The position numbers and the translations under genes are program-made. From assembly GCA_002104945.1 (NCBI GenBank), contig MCFH01000020.1:434001-498000 (forward strand): DNA of 64,000 nt. The letters run 5' to 3'. The DNA comes from Piromyces finnis finn. Its lineage: Eukaryota; Fungi; Neocallimastigomycota. The notes beneath the pieces are model-generated. The model worked only from the letters and a program-made list of their open reading frames with translations. It did no database searches and was not told the DNA's origin. Of this stretch, positions 28,920-43,830 are shown one piece after another; position 1 is the stretch's first letter; every line of letters begins with the position of its first letter.

Positions 28920-30460
28920 TTTCTAATTATATATATTATACTAAATATATAATAATTAGTTTAATTGTCTTAAATATTTATTACTTAAAATATAAAAAAA
29001 TATCACTTTATGATCATATATTAACTCTATTTCTATATTTTATTTAAAATTTATTTATATTTTTTTCATTTATTTTCATTTTTATTTTTTTATTTTATTT
29101 TTAAGATATCTAATATAAATTGCTAAATAATATAATACTATTTTAATAATTTCATAAAATCTATAATATTTTTTTATATAATTCTTTTATTATTATACTA
29201 TTTCATAGTATATTTTTATATTCGTTAGCAATTTATATTTTTATATTATATATTCATAGAAAATAACTATTATGTTTTCTATTATATTTTATTATTTCGA
29301 TAAATTTCCAGGAATATTATAAAAGACAAAATTGATTATTACTTTTTATAAAATATAGTTTATAATTTTTTTTATTTTACAAAGTTTTTATATTTGTTAT
29401 TATTATTAATGGATAAAATTAATATTTAATGAAATATTAAAATAATTGTCCTTTTTTATTAATAGTATTGTAAAGTTGTAATTTGTTATTTTAAGATATA
29501 TTTAGTTATTTGAAATATTAAATAGTCAATAATATAAAGTCCTATTCAAATAATTTCAAATATTCATAAAAAAAAAAAAAGTAATCTTTAATATTATTTC
29601 TTTTTTTTTTAAAATATTAATACCATAATAATAAAAACAAAATTTAAAAATAGAGTAATTATTTAAACTGAAAAGCGTGAAAAAAAAAATTATTTATACC
29701 ATTTCAGATTTCAAAATTTTTTTTATTTTTTTTAAATTATGATTGGTTAAATTTTATTTTTTAGTATAAAAAAAACAATATATATTATAAAAAAAAAAAA
29801 TTAAATTAATATACGGATATACGGATATATATAACTTACATATTATTATTATTATTATTATTAAAAAAAAAAAAAAAAAAAGGTTAACAAATTATTATAA
29901 ATTTATACCATAAATTTTTAGGAGTTTAAAGTTATTTTTTTACTTAACAATACTGGAAAAGAAATTTTTATAATAGTTTAATATAAAATTACATAATAAA
30001 TTAGATTAAAACTTTAAATATTTAAATAAAATCAACATTCTTCATATAAATAATTTTAATTTCATAATACTACTATAATAAATAATTAGTAATTAGTATG
30101 TGTTATTTTAAAGTCCTATTACCTAATATTGTTTAATTATAAAGCATTATTAAATTGCATAAATTTTACCATAAAATTTAAATAATGTTAATTGGAAATA
30201 ATAATTGAAAAATTCTATTGATTTTTATATTGAATATACTTTGTTTCATTATTTAAAAAATTGAACAAGAAAGATATTAACATAACAAGTAATCGTTAAT
30301 TCATACTATTAGTTTAATTGATGCATTCATCATTAATTTATAATTGTTTCAAACACAGACTTGGCATAATTTTTAAATCTATTTTTTTAAATTATTTAAA
30401 TAGTTTTAATTTCTTTTTAAAAAAATATTTATATTAAAAAATTAAAAAAAAAAATATGAT

Positions 30461-30716
<256 letters not shown>

Positions 30717-32168
30717 TGTTTTTTAAAAATATTTTTATAAAATAGTAATTTTCTCTTTTTTCTTTATTACGAAAGTATAATAGTATAGTAATAAGTAATA
30801 ACAATTTTAATAAAAAAAAAAAAGAAAAATTAATAATAACCCAAGTTTACCACAGCTATTTGTCATCTTATTACGGCCTTTGAATTATTCATAATTGTAA
30901 ATTGGATAAGATACTTCCAGCACTGAACAATTCATTTAATAAATAGATAAAGTTTAAATTTTTCTACAGCTCATTAATATGAAAATAATAAATGTGTGTT
31001 TAGAAATATATGTCACGAAACTATTTATAAATGATTCCCATAATAAATATAATAAATAGTATTTTTTTTTTAATTAAAATTAAATTATTTAGAGAACCCT
31101 GAAAAACAAAAAATACAAAGAAAAATCCTCTCTTCTAACACCTTTTCTAATTGAATATTTATTGGAGACTTAAATTTTATAATGCAATGCTACCTTCCTA
31201 ATTCTTTATACTTTATTTGAAGTAAAGTTGTTTTTAAATTATCATTTAAGGAAAAAACTATTCCTAAAGTTGTTCAAACATTAATATGATTTATCATCAT
31301 CACCTATAAAAATAATTGTTTTTTTTTTTCAAAAGAGGTTTTTTGAAAAACTTCCTATACATTAGCGTATATAAATTATTTAATAATAGATTTAAACTAT
31401 GTTTAACAATTTTTTTTATTCTGGTAAAAAGAAAAAAAAACTTTCCAAAACATTTTTATTTTATTTTCCTCAATTTTATTACTCTACCTAATTCTACTTT
31501 TTCTTTCTTTCTGTTATAATGGTATGGTATATTTATATTCAACTATTTATTTCCTTATCCTCTCAAATTCTTTCTTTTTTTTTTTTTTTTAATATATCCA
31601 TAACTATTTAAAACAAATTTCATTTTTTCTTTTTTTGTAAACTAAAACAAATTTAATTAAAGATTATAAATTAATTAAAATAAAAATAATTTTTCATTTT
31701 TTTGCTTTTCAACATAAAAAAAAATAAAATGAAATATTTTAATTATTAATAGGTGGGGAAAAAATAAATATTCATCGAGGATAGCATTATAAATATATAG
31801 AAATAGTTTATTGTTCTGTATATCTATATCAATTTAAAGTAGAATATTAATATAAATATACATAAAAATATAAAAACTATTTTATCTAATAACAAGTAAT
31901 AATATTGTACATTTGCTAAATTGTAATTTAACTTTTTAAATGTATGGATATTCCAATCATCCTATTTAATAATATTAATATTTTTTTAAAAAAAGATTCA
32001 AACCATATAATAGATTAAATTTTTAATATATTGATAATTTTTAATAATATATTATAAATAAATATAAATATATATAAAGAGTGGAATATTCAAATATATA
32101 AAAATATATTCTAGCTAAAGTCTATTTATTTCATGATTAGAATTGATTATTATTATAGTGAAGTAGAT

Positions 32169-33471
32169 TTATTCGGATATATAAGAGGAGTATAAGTCAT
32201 CAATCTTTTCTACCAATTCAGCAAAACTAGAATTATCTAATATTTCATATATATTTCTTAATAATTGATAATCTTGTAAATTTAAATAGTATTGAATTTG
32301 TGTGTTAATATCTTGTTGTTTGAGAAGAGGAGCAATAGTTTGAGATATTGAATTAGTTTGTGCTTTAGAGTGTTCATTATTTAAATTATCACTTTTATTG
32401 TATGTTGAATTTGATGGAGCATCACTATTGTTTTGAGATATTAATGAATGCTTGACTTTCAAAAAAAAAAAAATTAAAAAAAAAAATTAAAAAAAATATT
32501 AAATAAAAGGATTAGGTTATATAGCGTAGTAACCAAAAATGGAATAATTAATTAATTTAAAATTTTATATAATTAAAATATATATATATTTACATATGAA
32601 TATATTATATCATTATATAATAATATATAATATATAATATTGAATACCTTGTTGGTTCTCAAAAGTAGCTGTTGCATGAATTTGAGACTCATTCATAATT
32701 TTATTAGATTTGTCAACTAAAGATAGTACTTGATTTTCCATTGATGCATTTGTTGAATGAATCGGGGAAGAAAATGTTGAAAAAGACGAAGTTATATTTT
32801 GTGAAGTTACTGTTTCTTCTACGACTTTATAATCATCTGGTAATATTTCATAAGGCATATAAGGAGAAAGAAAAGTAAAAAAGGATAAAGAGTCATTATT
32901 ATTGAAAAAAACAAATTGCATTATCATTTCCTACACAATTTTTTTATATAAAAAAATTTGTTAAAAAATTGTTTTCTTTTATTTTTTTTCAATATCTAAT
33001 AATTATATATGATAATTCTAATGCAATTAATAATATTATTTATAATTTTTGATAATATTGTTTTTACTTCATCCTCGGTTTTATATTGTATTCCAATTAA
33101 ATTATCCTTTTTTAATAATTTAAAATTTAATATTTCAATATTTTGTTTTGTTAAGCAAATTGTTTCCTGTAATTTTATATATTATATATGCATTATTTAA
33201 TATTATTTATAATATGCCTGTAATTGTTTTTCAATGTATCTTTTTTTTTTTTTAATTATTATAAAATGCATACCAAAACATTTTGATAATCTTTTCTTAT
33301 AACTCTTAGAGTACCGTAGTTATCATTACGAATATTATTTAAAAGAAATATGATACTAAGGTTAGCATCAGAAAAATGATTCCACAAATTATGGTTTGGA
33401 TTAGATTGTCCATTTTCATGGAGAAATATTTTACATCTTGAAAATTTCTTAATATTCCATGTTGATATCAT
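32169..33471 (-). CDS. REC114: REC114/Rec7-like meiotic double-strand-break protein, 288 aa; exons 33471-33274, 33166-33068, 32930-32648, 32455-32169
   Basis: Four exons join in frame through GT-AG introns. N-terminal PH-like signature motifs WNIKKFSR, LWNHFSDANLSII, LRVIRK..QNVL|ETICL, KLLKKDNLIGIQY, IMQFVF; Ser/Thr/Gln-rich linker; C-terminal LLRNIYEILDNSSFAELVEKIDDL matches the Rec114 terminal motif (L..IxxxLxDxxFxxLVxKV(E/D)). Recognised by eye, no HMM run. Confidence 0.72.
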
Positions 33472-33721
33472 TTTTGTAAATATTTTTTGAGTATATTTCA
33501 AATAATTAATAATAAGACTTTTTTTATTTATTCATGTAAGAGAATAAATAAAAACAAAGATACAAATTTCTATTTAAATATAAAAATAGATATTTATTTT
33601 TTTTATTACTTTTTTTTTTTTTTTTCTCCTATCCATAAATAAATAAAAATAGTATTAATGATTTAGAAATTTTTTAAATAAATTTGAAATTATTAAAATT
33701 TTAAATAAATAAATAAATAAG

Positions 33722-33769
<48 letters not shown>

Positions 33770-34777
33770 AACAGTTTTTAAAATATCTATTTTAAGCAAA
33801 CCATTTATTAATAGTAAAAAAAACCAGTGAGTGATAAATAAAAAAGCGATTATAGTAAAATAAATCAATATACTATTAATATTTGATATTTAGTATTATT
33901 TTATTGAAGCATTTTTATCCTAAATTCATTTTATTTGACCCTTCTAAATGCTATAAAAAAAAGGAAATAAAAATTTATTTTTAAATTAATTAGCCAATCA
34001 CATTAATTTAAAATCCATTCATTTTATTAATAAATAGAATTAGAGCAATCTTTTTTTTAAACTAAATAAATAATTAAAGATGAATCATAAATTAATCCAT
34101 TGTGATCAAAAATTTACGAACACATGCCACAGTGAATAGGCGGTTTTTAACCAATGTCTTTTATCACTGCCAGAAACTCTTCTTTGAAGGGTTGTTGTGA
34201 TTCAACACAGAAATTGGGATAGGAAGTTGTCTATGCGTGTAACGAATGATAGATGGCGCCGACAATTCCAAGAAATATCTTTAAAGGATAATTGTAGAAT
34301 TATTTAATTTAAAAATTTTAAGTTTATTTTAATTCGTTTGCTATTTAATTGTGCTCAATATGTACAAGAATTATTGAATTTTAAATATAGAAATTTAGGA
34401 TTGAAAGTTATGTTGATATTATTAATATTTTTGTTAATACTATTTTAATAAGGGATAGAGTTTTTAATTATGTTGTATATACTAGTTGTTGTTTATGGTA
34501 TATTTTTTGCTTTAACTCTAAAATTAATAATATTTATTTCAACACCAACATTGAGAAGATTTATTTAAAGGATTGTTTGAGTTATTTTTTTTTTTTATAA
34601 GGATAAAGAGAATTATTTTAGTATATTTGTCTTTTCTTATAAAGAATATTTTTATTGATCAAAGGAACCATTCCTAGAAAATGAATTACTACTTTTTTTT
34701 TTATGTGAACGTCACTTTTTAAAAATAGTTTTATTATTTTATGAGTATAGGATGAATAACTTTTTTGGATTTAGTAT

Positions 34778-34786
34778 TAAGGAATA

Positions 34787-34842
<56 letters not shown>

Positions 34843-34854
34843 AGGAATATTCTT
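34778..34854 (+). mobile_element. Poly(A)-only retrotransposition scar: TT + A47 flanked by a 14-bp TSD
   Basis: TAAGGAATATTCTT at 34778-34791 and again at 34841-34854, separated only by TT and 47 A. Confidence 0.8.
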
Positions 34855-35706
34855 AAATTCCGAAATAATAAATTATTGTTTTAAAAGACAATTAAAAGTT
34901 TAAATAATGGAAATGCTAAAAAAGTATTAATTAAAAAAATTTTATTTTATTTTATCTATTGTATCATCATTTATTTAGTAACTATAGAGTTACAATAAAT
35001 GCTTTTGAACATATTGTATTCTTAATGTATTTTTTTTTCATTATTATCAATAAATGATAGTGTACATTACTAATTGAATTAGACATTTTTTATAAAATGT
35101 TAACCTGTTTATATAATCCTTTTTATTTAATTTTTTTTTTCTAGACACTATTTCTATTGATTATTTTTTTATACTATGTATTAAATAAAAAGTAGGATGA
35201 ATTATGAATCAATCATGAATCATACCATTAATTATTAACTTATTTCTTAAAGTGAAATTTCTGAAGGAATAAAAAAAAAAAGATTATATACTAATTAAAA
35301 TAAGTATTGATAATATAGTTTTATTTCCTTTAAACTTTTAGCATCATTTTATTAAATTTTAATTTTTACTAACACTGTTTTACTTTCATTGTATCTATTA
35401 TATTTTACTCTAATATTTTAATTTTTCTGTATATTTCTTTTTATAGGATATTAATTTTCTGTTTTTTTTTTCCTTTGTATATATGTAATATTATTATTAT
35501 TATATACCAATAACATTGAATAATACTAATGATAATAAATTCTAATTGTTTTGAAAATAAAACTTTATTTCTTAACAATTATAATGTATAAGAATAATTA
35601 ATTTAGAATGATGATTAACTAAGGAATAGGATAAGTATAATAAAATTACTTTTAGGTTTTTTTTTTTTTTTTTTTTATTTTCATTTTGTATATATAATTT
35701 TTAATC

Positions 35707-35737
<31 letters not shown>

Positions 35738-36092
35738 ATATATATATATTAATTGTTAATATTTTTTTTTTTTTTTAAAAAATATTGCATTAAAAAAGAA
35801 TTTTTTTTTTTTAAAAAAAAATAAAACTTTTTTAATTATTAATTATACATCATACGCTTGTAGAATTCTTATGTTTGAAAAATATTATTATATCTTTATG
35901 AAACAAAGTATTGCTTGTTTAATAAGAATTAACCTTTTACTATCTAAGCATTCAATGGTAAATTATAAATTAAAGTTTTATTTTTATTAAAAATTTTATA
36001 TATTTTGAATATTATATACAAATTTAAAGTTTTTAAAATTTTATATTAAAAATTATTTTCTCAGTCATTCGTCCTATCCTCTACATATTATC

Positions 36093-36123
<31 letters not shown>

Positions 36124-39100
36124 AAAATTATATTTATTATAATTTGGATAAATGAAAAGATTGAATCGCCTATTTAATAATGAATCATCATAATTTATTA
36201 TTAATATATATATTTTTATAGTTGAATTTTCCTAATTATATAGGCCATTATGCTATTTATCAAATTTAATTAGAAAGGTTGTTAGGAATAAATATTCAAT
36301 TTTTATATCATTATGATATATATTTATATTTCATCATTATTTATTAAACTATTATCAAATGACTTTGAATTTTTATGTAAAGTATAATATAGTTATTACC
36401 TCTTTTTTTTAAAAAAAACTTTATTTTTTAAAAATGGGATTTAATAAATTTTATATTACAAATAATTTTTTTTTTTAAAAAGAATGAAATTCGATGTTTC
36501 TGTAAAATTTAAATTCTATATCTATATTGGAACAAATCTTTAAAGTTAACTATTATAATTTTTATTTTTTTTAAGAGAAAAGCTATTAATAGATGAATAA
36601 TAAATATTATTTAATTTAAAACTTTAAAAGAACTAATTAATAATAAAAATAATATTAAAAAAAAAAAGGTAAAATAATTAGTATTCATTTTACTCATATA
36701 TTTTATAAAGAAATGCTTTATAAAAAGGCATTAAAGAAATTAACAATTTTTTAAAACTTTGTATTAGGGAATATTAAAAAATATGTTTCTATTCTTTATA
36801 TTTTAGAATTTTCCTCTGTTTATAAGGATGAATTTAAAGATTCTTAAAAATAACATATAATTATTACTAATCTTTTTTTTTTATTAAAGGAATATATAGT
36901 TGATATGAAAATTTTTTATTAAAACTTTTTTTTTTTTTTTGAAATTAGAATTCTTAATTAAAAGAGTAACGGCAAGTCATAGAAAAAATTTTTAAAGTTT
37001 TTAAAATTAATGATTCTAATTTTATATCAATTTTACTTTTTTTAAAGTTTTAATAGGATTAAGAAATTGAATACCAACTTGATATTTATTGCTAGATTAA
37101 TGACATGAGGGCTTTTAAATTAAAAACTTTAAATTGAAATGTTTAACTTTATTTATTTTTTAAAAAAAAAACAATGAAAGTACATTTTTTCTAAAATAAG
37201 AATGACTTTTTAAACTTTGTATAGAATTAATATTATTCTTTTTTTTTCTTTCCGCTAAAATTATTAATAAATTAGTTATAATACAAAAAATATTTATTGT
37301 ATAATATATACAATATGTCTATTTATTATTTTATTTGTTATTGTTCATTTTTTTTTTTTTTACTTGTAGAAATAGGAATACTCATTTTTTTTTAAAAAAG
37401 TATGAATGTATTGTAATTTATTATTTAATAATGAAAAAAAAAAAAAAATCTTTTTCTTGTTATTATTAGTATTTTCAATGTTTTTTATTGGTTTAATTTT
37501 ATTTAAGATATATTAATATTTTATTGTAAAGAAATTCATTTAATTGATCATTTAACATTATATAAATGTGAATTAAAAAAAAAAAAAAAAAAAGCTATTT
37601 AATATAAAAAATAATAACAATAAAAAAAGGATAAATGATTCTTATTCAAAGTATGATTAGTATTTTCTTTATTTTTTTTATTTTTAGCAAAATCTATATA
37701 TAAATGTAAAAAAAAAAAAACAACAGAATACATGAAAAATTATAATAATAATAGTAGAAATATTTAAGATATTTTTTTTTTTTATTAATTTATATAGTCA
37801 TATTAAATTAATTTTATTTTATTATTGTTAATAATTTTAATATTATATAAACAATTATTTTTAATACAGATCACATTTTATTCAATTCACAATAGTAAAA
37901 TATTAAACTAACCGAAATGTTTATAATTTACTTTTACTTATATAGTTTTTTAATTATTATTATTATTGTTAATGATTACTTAAATGAGGATTTTTTTTAT
38001 TTGATATTGTAGAAATGAACATATAAGAAAAATTTTTTGTTATCATGAGTTTATATATAATATTTTTTTTATATTTTGAAAAATTCTTAATATTTATTTT
38101 AGAATATTCTATTTTTCCAATTTCTATTAATTTAAATTTTTTTTTTTTTCAAAAAAATAAAAAGTAGTAATAATGACTTTTAGAAATAAATTGAAGTATA
38201 ACTTTTTTTATTAATAAATAAAACTTTTAGTTTAAAAATTATACTTTTACGATATTTATATTTATGCAAAGTTTGGAATTTCATTTTTTTTAAAAAAAGA
38301 GAATATCATTTGACTATTAATTTAAATAATAATTAAAATATAACACTTAATTTTCGTAATTTTAAATGAAAAAGCCAATTCAATAGTAATAGTCAGAAAT
38401 CTTCTAAAGCATGATTCATAATAAATCTGAATATAGAGATAATACTAACCAAATAAGCGAATCAACAATTTTTAGAATTAGTTAATTAATAATAATAGAC
38501 TTGTTAAATAAATATAGAAAGTTATTTATCATTTATTTTCTTTTGTATAATATGATTGATTTATTTATTAATATTAAAATTCAATTGAAATATTTAGAAA
38601 GCATGTGTTATTCCATATGAACATATAAACCAATGCATTATTAAAAACTCATTCGTTAGAAGATATTAATATTAATGACATTATTTCCTTCTAAAAATAG
38701 GTTTAAGTAATTCGTATTTATTCATACTATTGATTTTTTTTTAATTTTTTCTTGTAGCTATTTATTCACTCTATAATTTTTATATATCTTTTTTGGTATA
38801 ATAAACTTTTATTATCACATAAAAGTGCTAATTTCCTTTCCTTTTTTTAAATAAGAGGAATATAAACGGAATAATAGTTTTAATGTGGTTTTTTTTATTG
38901 TCTTTTTCATAAAAAATTTCATTTTACATTTTATAATACATATACAATCTTAATGTACAACAATTTCTTATTCAATAAAAATTTGAAATAAGTCTTATAT
39001 ATTGACATATTTATTATAATAAATTTAATATATATTATAATAACTATTTTTTATATAAAAGAACAGTATTGTATCCAATTTTTATTTTATATTAATTTTT

Positions 39101-39749
39101 TTTCATATAAAGTATATATATTACATTGTATTACATAATATATACTTTGGATTAAAATTTTTAATATATTTCTTTGCTCTATTGTAAATTTAATTTATAT
39201 TTAATTTTGAGTTTATCATAATTTTTGTTTTTTTGTAAACGAAATAAATTGATTTATAAAACCTTAAATAATATTAAATTTAGGACTATCATATATTAAA
39301 TAAATAAATCAAATTTAGTATATTATTATTTGTTTCAATTCAGTATTAAATTTATACATTTTTTCTAATTATTTATTTCTTTCTTTCATAAATGATAAAA
39401 AAAAAAAAGAACTAGAAATAATAGTACTATAACTTTTAATCTACTATTAATACTACTATTTCTATATTGTTGAAGAAAAATCAGATATTTGTAAGTCTAT
39501 ATTCTATATATAAATATTGTAATATTTAAAATCACTATTTAAACTAGCTATTTTTTTTATAGTGATATGCATTTTTTTAACATCAAAGTCATGCTCTCCT
39601 TGTTTGATAAACATTTTCATTAAAATGGGTGATATAAACCTTATTTATTAATAAAATAAACAAGACTATATTTTTTAATTAATATGGTTTCAATTTTTAT
39701 TATAGAAGAATTCTAGCAAAATATACAAAAAAAAAAGTTAAATTAAAAA

Positions 39750-41060
39750 AAACAGTACCACCCAACACCAAAAAAATAAAGACTTAATTTTGCCATAAAG
39801 AAATTATAGGTATTTTTTTTACTCAAGGAAAGATTCAATAGTCTTTTAAATATATAAGTGTTATTGTATTGTTAAATATATATTATTTTATTATACTTTT
39901 CTTTATTTTTAATAATAAATAGAAATTAAGTATTAATAAATCTATTATCCAAAGAGCAAAGTTAAGTTATCATCATAATACTTTAATATATATAATTTTT
40001 TTTTCATTCTAATTTCTTTTTTCTATATTTATCCAAAGCAACTAATCATATGAACTTCTTTGAACACAAAGTAATATCAATTTTTTCATTTTTTCAGTAC
40101 AAATCAAATTCTTTAATACAATTCGTTTTTTTTTTTACTATTACCATTTGGCTTTTAAACGATTCTAGCAATATCATTTAAAATAATGAAATAAGGGTAG
40201 CGTAGCATTGAAATAAGCTATTCCTTTACCATTATCCTTTATTGAGCCAAAAATTTTTTTATTCCATCTTTTGTTAACATGTTTTAATACCCTTTTACCT
40301 TTTTTTAAATAAAAATAAAATAATAGTTATTTCTTTTTTTCTTGTTTTCTTATTCACCTTCCTAATAAATGAATTATTCATACCAAAAAAAGATTTTTTT
40401 TAACTGGACAATTTATTGACAAAATTAATCGTAGAATCATCCACTAAATTCTATAAAAATTTAATTAATATATATTAATTGTATATTGAACTCAATTAAA
40501 ATTTCAATTAAAATAGAATATTAAATCTATGTTTTTTTTTAAAAATTTAATTTATTTTTTTAGTCTCGTGAATAGTAATTAACCATATATAGAAAGAAAT
40601 TTAATTTAAAAATAGTTCTAAAATTTTTTTTGTTTTTATTTTTGAGAAAAAAAAAACAAAAAAATATTTGGTAAAAATTATTCCTTTCTTTTTTAGAATA
40701 GTAGTAAAACAGTAATAAAATTAGAATGTTGAAAAACCATGCTAAGAAAGAAATAATAGTTAGAAAGAAATATAAATATTATTTTTATTTATTCTTGGAA
40801 ATAATATTTAATGAATGTTGGTAAAACAATCTTTTATTTTAGGTATTCTTTTCTATTCATATTGAATCTAGTTTCAGAAATCATTTATTTTCTTTTAATA
40901 TTTTATTTCTTTATTATAATATTGAAAAGGGAAGGAGTTGTAAACTTTATTTAATAATATATTAATTCAATATGTAGGATTTATCATAGAATAATTAAAA
41001 ATGTTTCATAAGAAAAGAGAAAAGGATGGGGAGAATAAAGAATATTTTTTACATTTAAAT
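39750..41060 (-). mobile_element. Highly degraded LINE fossil (RT/thumb region)
   Basis: Minus strand carries, in order and with similar spacing, matches to the intact LINE: CATGTTAACAA (40271-40281 vs 50025), AAATGG (KW, 40144-40149 vs 50163), TATTATGATGATAA (39967-39980 vs 50343-50356), plus a SP..F.LF...IF-like stretch near 41000-41035. Boundaries approximate. Confidence 0.55.
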
Positions 41061-43199
41061 ATAAGAACCATTATAATGTAAAGAAACTTTTTTTTTTTTT
41101 TATTTTTTATCTTAATGTACCTTTGAATAGAATAAAATTAATATATATATATATGAATAAAGCTTTTAATTATAATTATTATATAAAATGCTAAATATAA
41201 AAAAGAGAGTAAAAAAAAAAGGGATGAAGGTTGAAAAAAATTATTTTATTCGATCAGCAAAAAAAAAATATAAAATGTACATTTTCTTAGTTGTACATTG
41301 AATTCAAATAATATATTTTAAATAATAATGTATAAATCCAAATGATTTTATTTATTTAAATGACCAAAGCTTAGAGCATTAGCACTTGTTTTTAAAATAG
41401 AATAGATAATAACAATCTCGAAATTATTATTATTATTTTTTTAAATTTAAAAAGTATTACTTTTCAATTTAAATGAATAGCAAATGAAAAAAAGTAGAAT
41501 AATAGTAAAATGTCCTTTTGAAATTTAGGTATTATTAGAAATATAATAGTAAAAAAAAAAAAAGAAATAAACTAATTAATAAAAGCAGATGATGTCTTTT
41601 TAATTATTACGTATACAAAAGAAAAAAAAAACTAAATTAAAAAAAAAGAATATATTGTTAATAATATTAAATTATATAGACTGAATTTAAAATTTATATA
41701 TAAAATTATTCTATTCCATTGTTACCAATATTATTCTATTTATATTAATTTAAGTATTACTTTTTAATTAATAAATGGATACTCTAACTTTACCATATAA
41801 AAAATAAATTAATTAATTTAAAACTAAAATTAATTAATTTAATCTGTACATATTATTACTTTATTAATATTATATTGTGAAAATTCTATTTAATAAAGTT
41901 TGAAATGGATTGATGGAAGAATTTTTACTTTTTCCATGAAAAAAATAATAATATATTATATAATATATGTATACTATATTATTTATTATATTGGATTAAT
42001 ATTCAAATTAAATTGTTAGTATTATTCCTATAGAAAATAAAAATTAATTAAAATTTTTTCATCCTAGTTTTAACAATATAATTAAAATAGTTTATAATAT
42101 TTATTATTCTATACTATTATAATATATGGATATTACAATTTATAAATATATTATATTTAAACTAGATATAAAATAATATTTAATAAAGTCTAACATTTTG
42201 TGTCATAATGAATAATGAAAATATTAAATTTCAATTTATTTATATTAATTTCTTTTTTTTATATTCCTTTCAGCATTTCAAGAAAACATATAAATATCCC
42301 CAAAAAAAATTAATTTTTCTTTTTTTTAAAAATTCAAAAATTTTTAAATTTTTCAAAACTAATTAATACCGAAAAAACTTTGTAAAAAAAGAAAAAGAGG
42401 ATAAGGAAAAGAGTTAAAAAAAAAAAAGGATAAAAAATGGTTTTATTCTTTTTTATTATCAAAGGTAACTCTTTCCTTATCCTCTATAAAAAAATTTCAT
42501 TAATATCATTTCAAATTTAATAGTACTTTAGTAATTATTTTTTAATATATTTATTTTTTTTATTAACATTTTCCATTATCGTAAAGAAAATAATTTATAA
42601 AAAAAAACCTTTTTATATATTTTTTAATGTTTTAAATTTTAGTATTTTTATATGAAAAAGGCAAATCTGATATATAATTAAAAAGGATTCTTTAAATTTG
42701 TAATAATATTTAATTTTAAGATAATTCTTTTTAATTTTGTACAAAAAATTAATGAAATGAGGTAAAATGACTAATGGAGTCTATTGGAAGAAAAAAAAAA
42801 GATTAAAAGAATGAATAGATATCAATATGGAGTAAGGAAATGAAAAAGAAGAGAAGAAAAAACTTAAGTTTTACAAATAGTTAAATAATTATCAATGTAT
42901 ATTTAGGGGGGATGGTTATTTACTATTAATAAAATTTATTTTTTTAATATTTTTTTCAAAAAAAAAAAAGAAAAAAGAAAAAAATACTTTCTCTTACTAA
43001 ATCATTTCTGAAACTATAACGAAAATATTGTTATTCATCATTCCTAATGTATTTATCAAACTCTTTTTTTTGAATTTTCCTCAGTAGTTATTTTAACATA
43101 TTATAATTTTTAATTATCAATTTTCTTTTTCATTTAATTATTTTAAGTATTTTGAACTCCAATAATAAAACGTATTAACAAATATTAGTATGAAGATAC

Positions 43200-43830
43200 C
43201 ATATTAAACTAAAGTAATTAGAATAGGAGATATAAATGTATAAAAGATTTATACTAGATAACTAAAATAGACGGATAAGATTTAGACGATATCCATATTC
43301 AATCCAAAAAAAGTTGTTTATAAACAAAAATGCTACTTTTGAATATAAATTACTTTTTTTAAATAGAAGAGATGTCTATTAAATCATTAATAAAATTCAA
43401 AAATTGCTTAAAATATAAAGGAAAAGGAAATAATTGTAAAAAAAGAATTAAATATTATAAGAAATATTCGTGGACCTATTTTTTTAATGGAAAGAGGAAA
43501 AGTAATTATGTGGTTACAATCAAAAAGAATCTGCCTATTTATCTAATAAAACATAAAATACTATTTTAAAAATTATTAGAAAAACAAGAGAAAATGGTTA
43601 GAATTCAATAAATTAATGCATGAAATTTTGGTTTATCCAATTTAATAATGAAAAATAATAATTAGAATTCATTATTCTTGATAATCCACAACTTAAAAGT
43701 TGATAACAACGGTTAAGAAAATGGTTTAACAACTATGCATTTTATAAAAGAGGAACTTTAATATTAAATATATTAAATTTCAATCAACTCTAAATAATTG
43801 AATTAAAACTAAAACCAGAGTAAATGTTTT
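43200..43830 (+). mobile_element. Possible fossil IS630/Tc1-mariner DDE transposase
   Basis: Broken frames read ..IEEMS.. (first Asp region), EFNKLMHEIL, IILDN (GAT 43680-43682) ..LRKWF.. and L*IIE (GAA 43800-43802, in frame, 40 codons later). Many stops; no TIRs found. Confidence 0.35.

Noticed and set aside
30840-31300. Minus-strand IRKGVRR.. resembling the RT motif KGVRQG
   Set aside because: Only one weak motif; flanking RT motifs could not be placed convincingly.
34254-34268. TGGCGCCGAC.. as an LTR primer-binding site
   Set aside because: Not preceded by an LTR ..CA end; no second LTR or gag/pol nearby.
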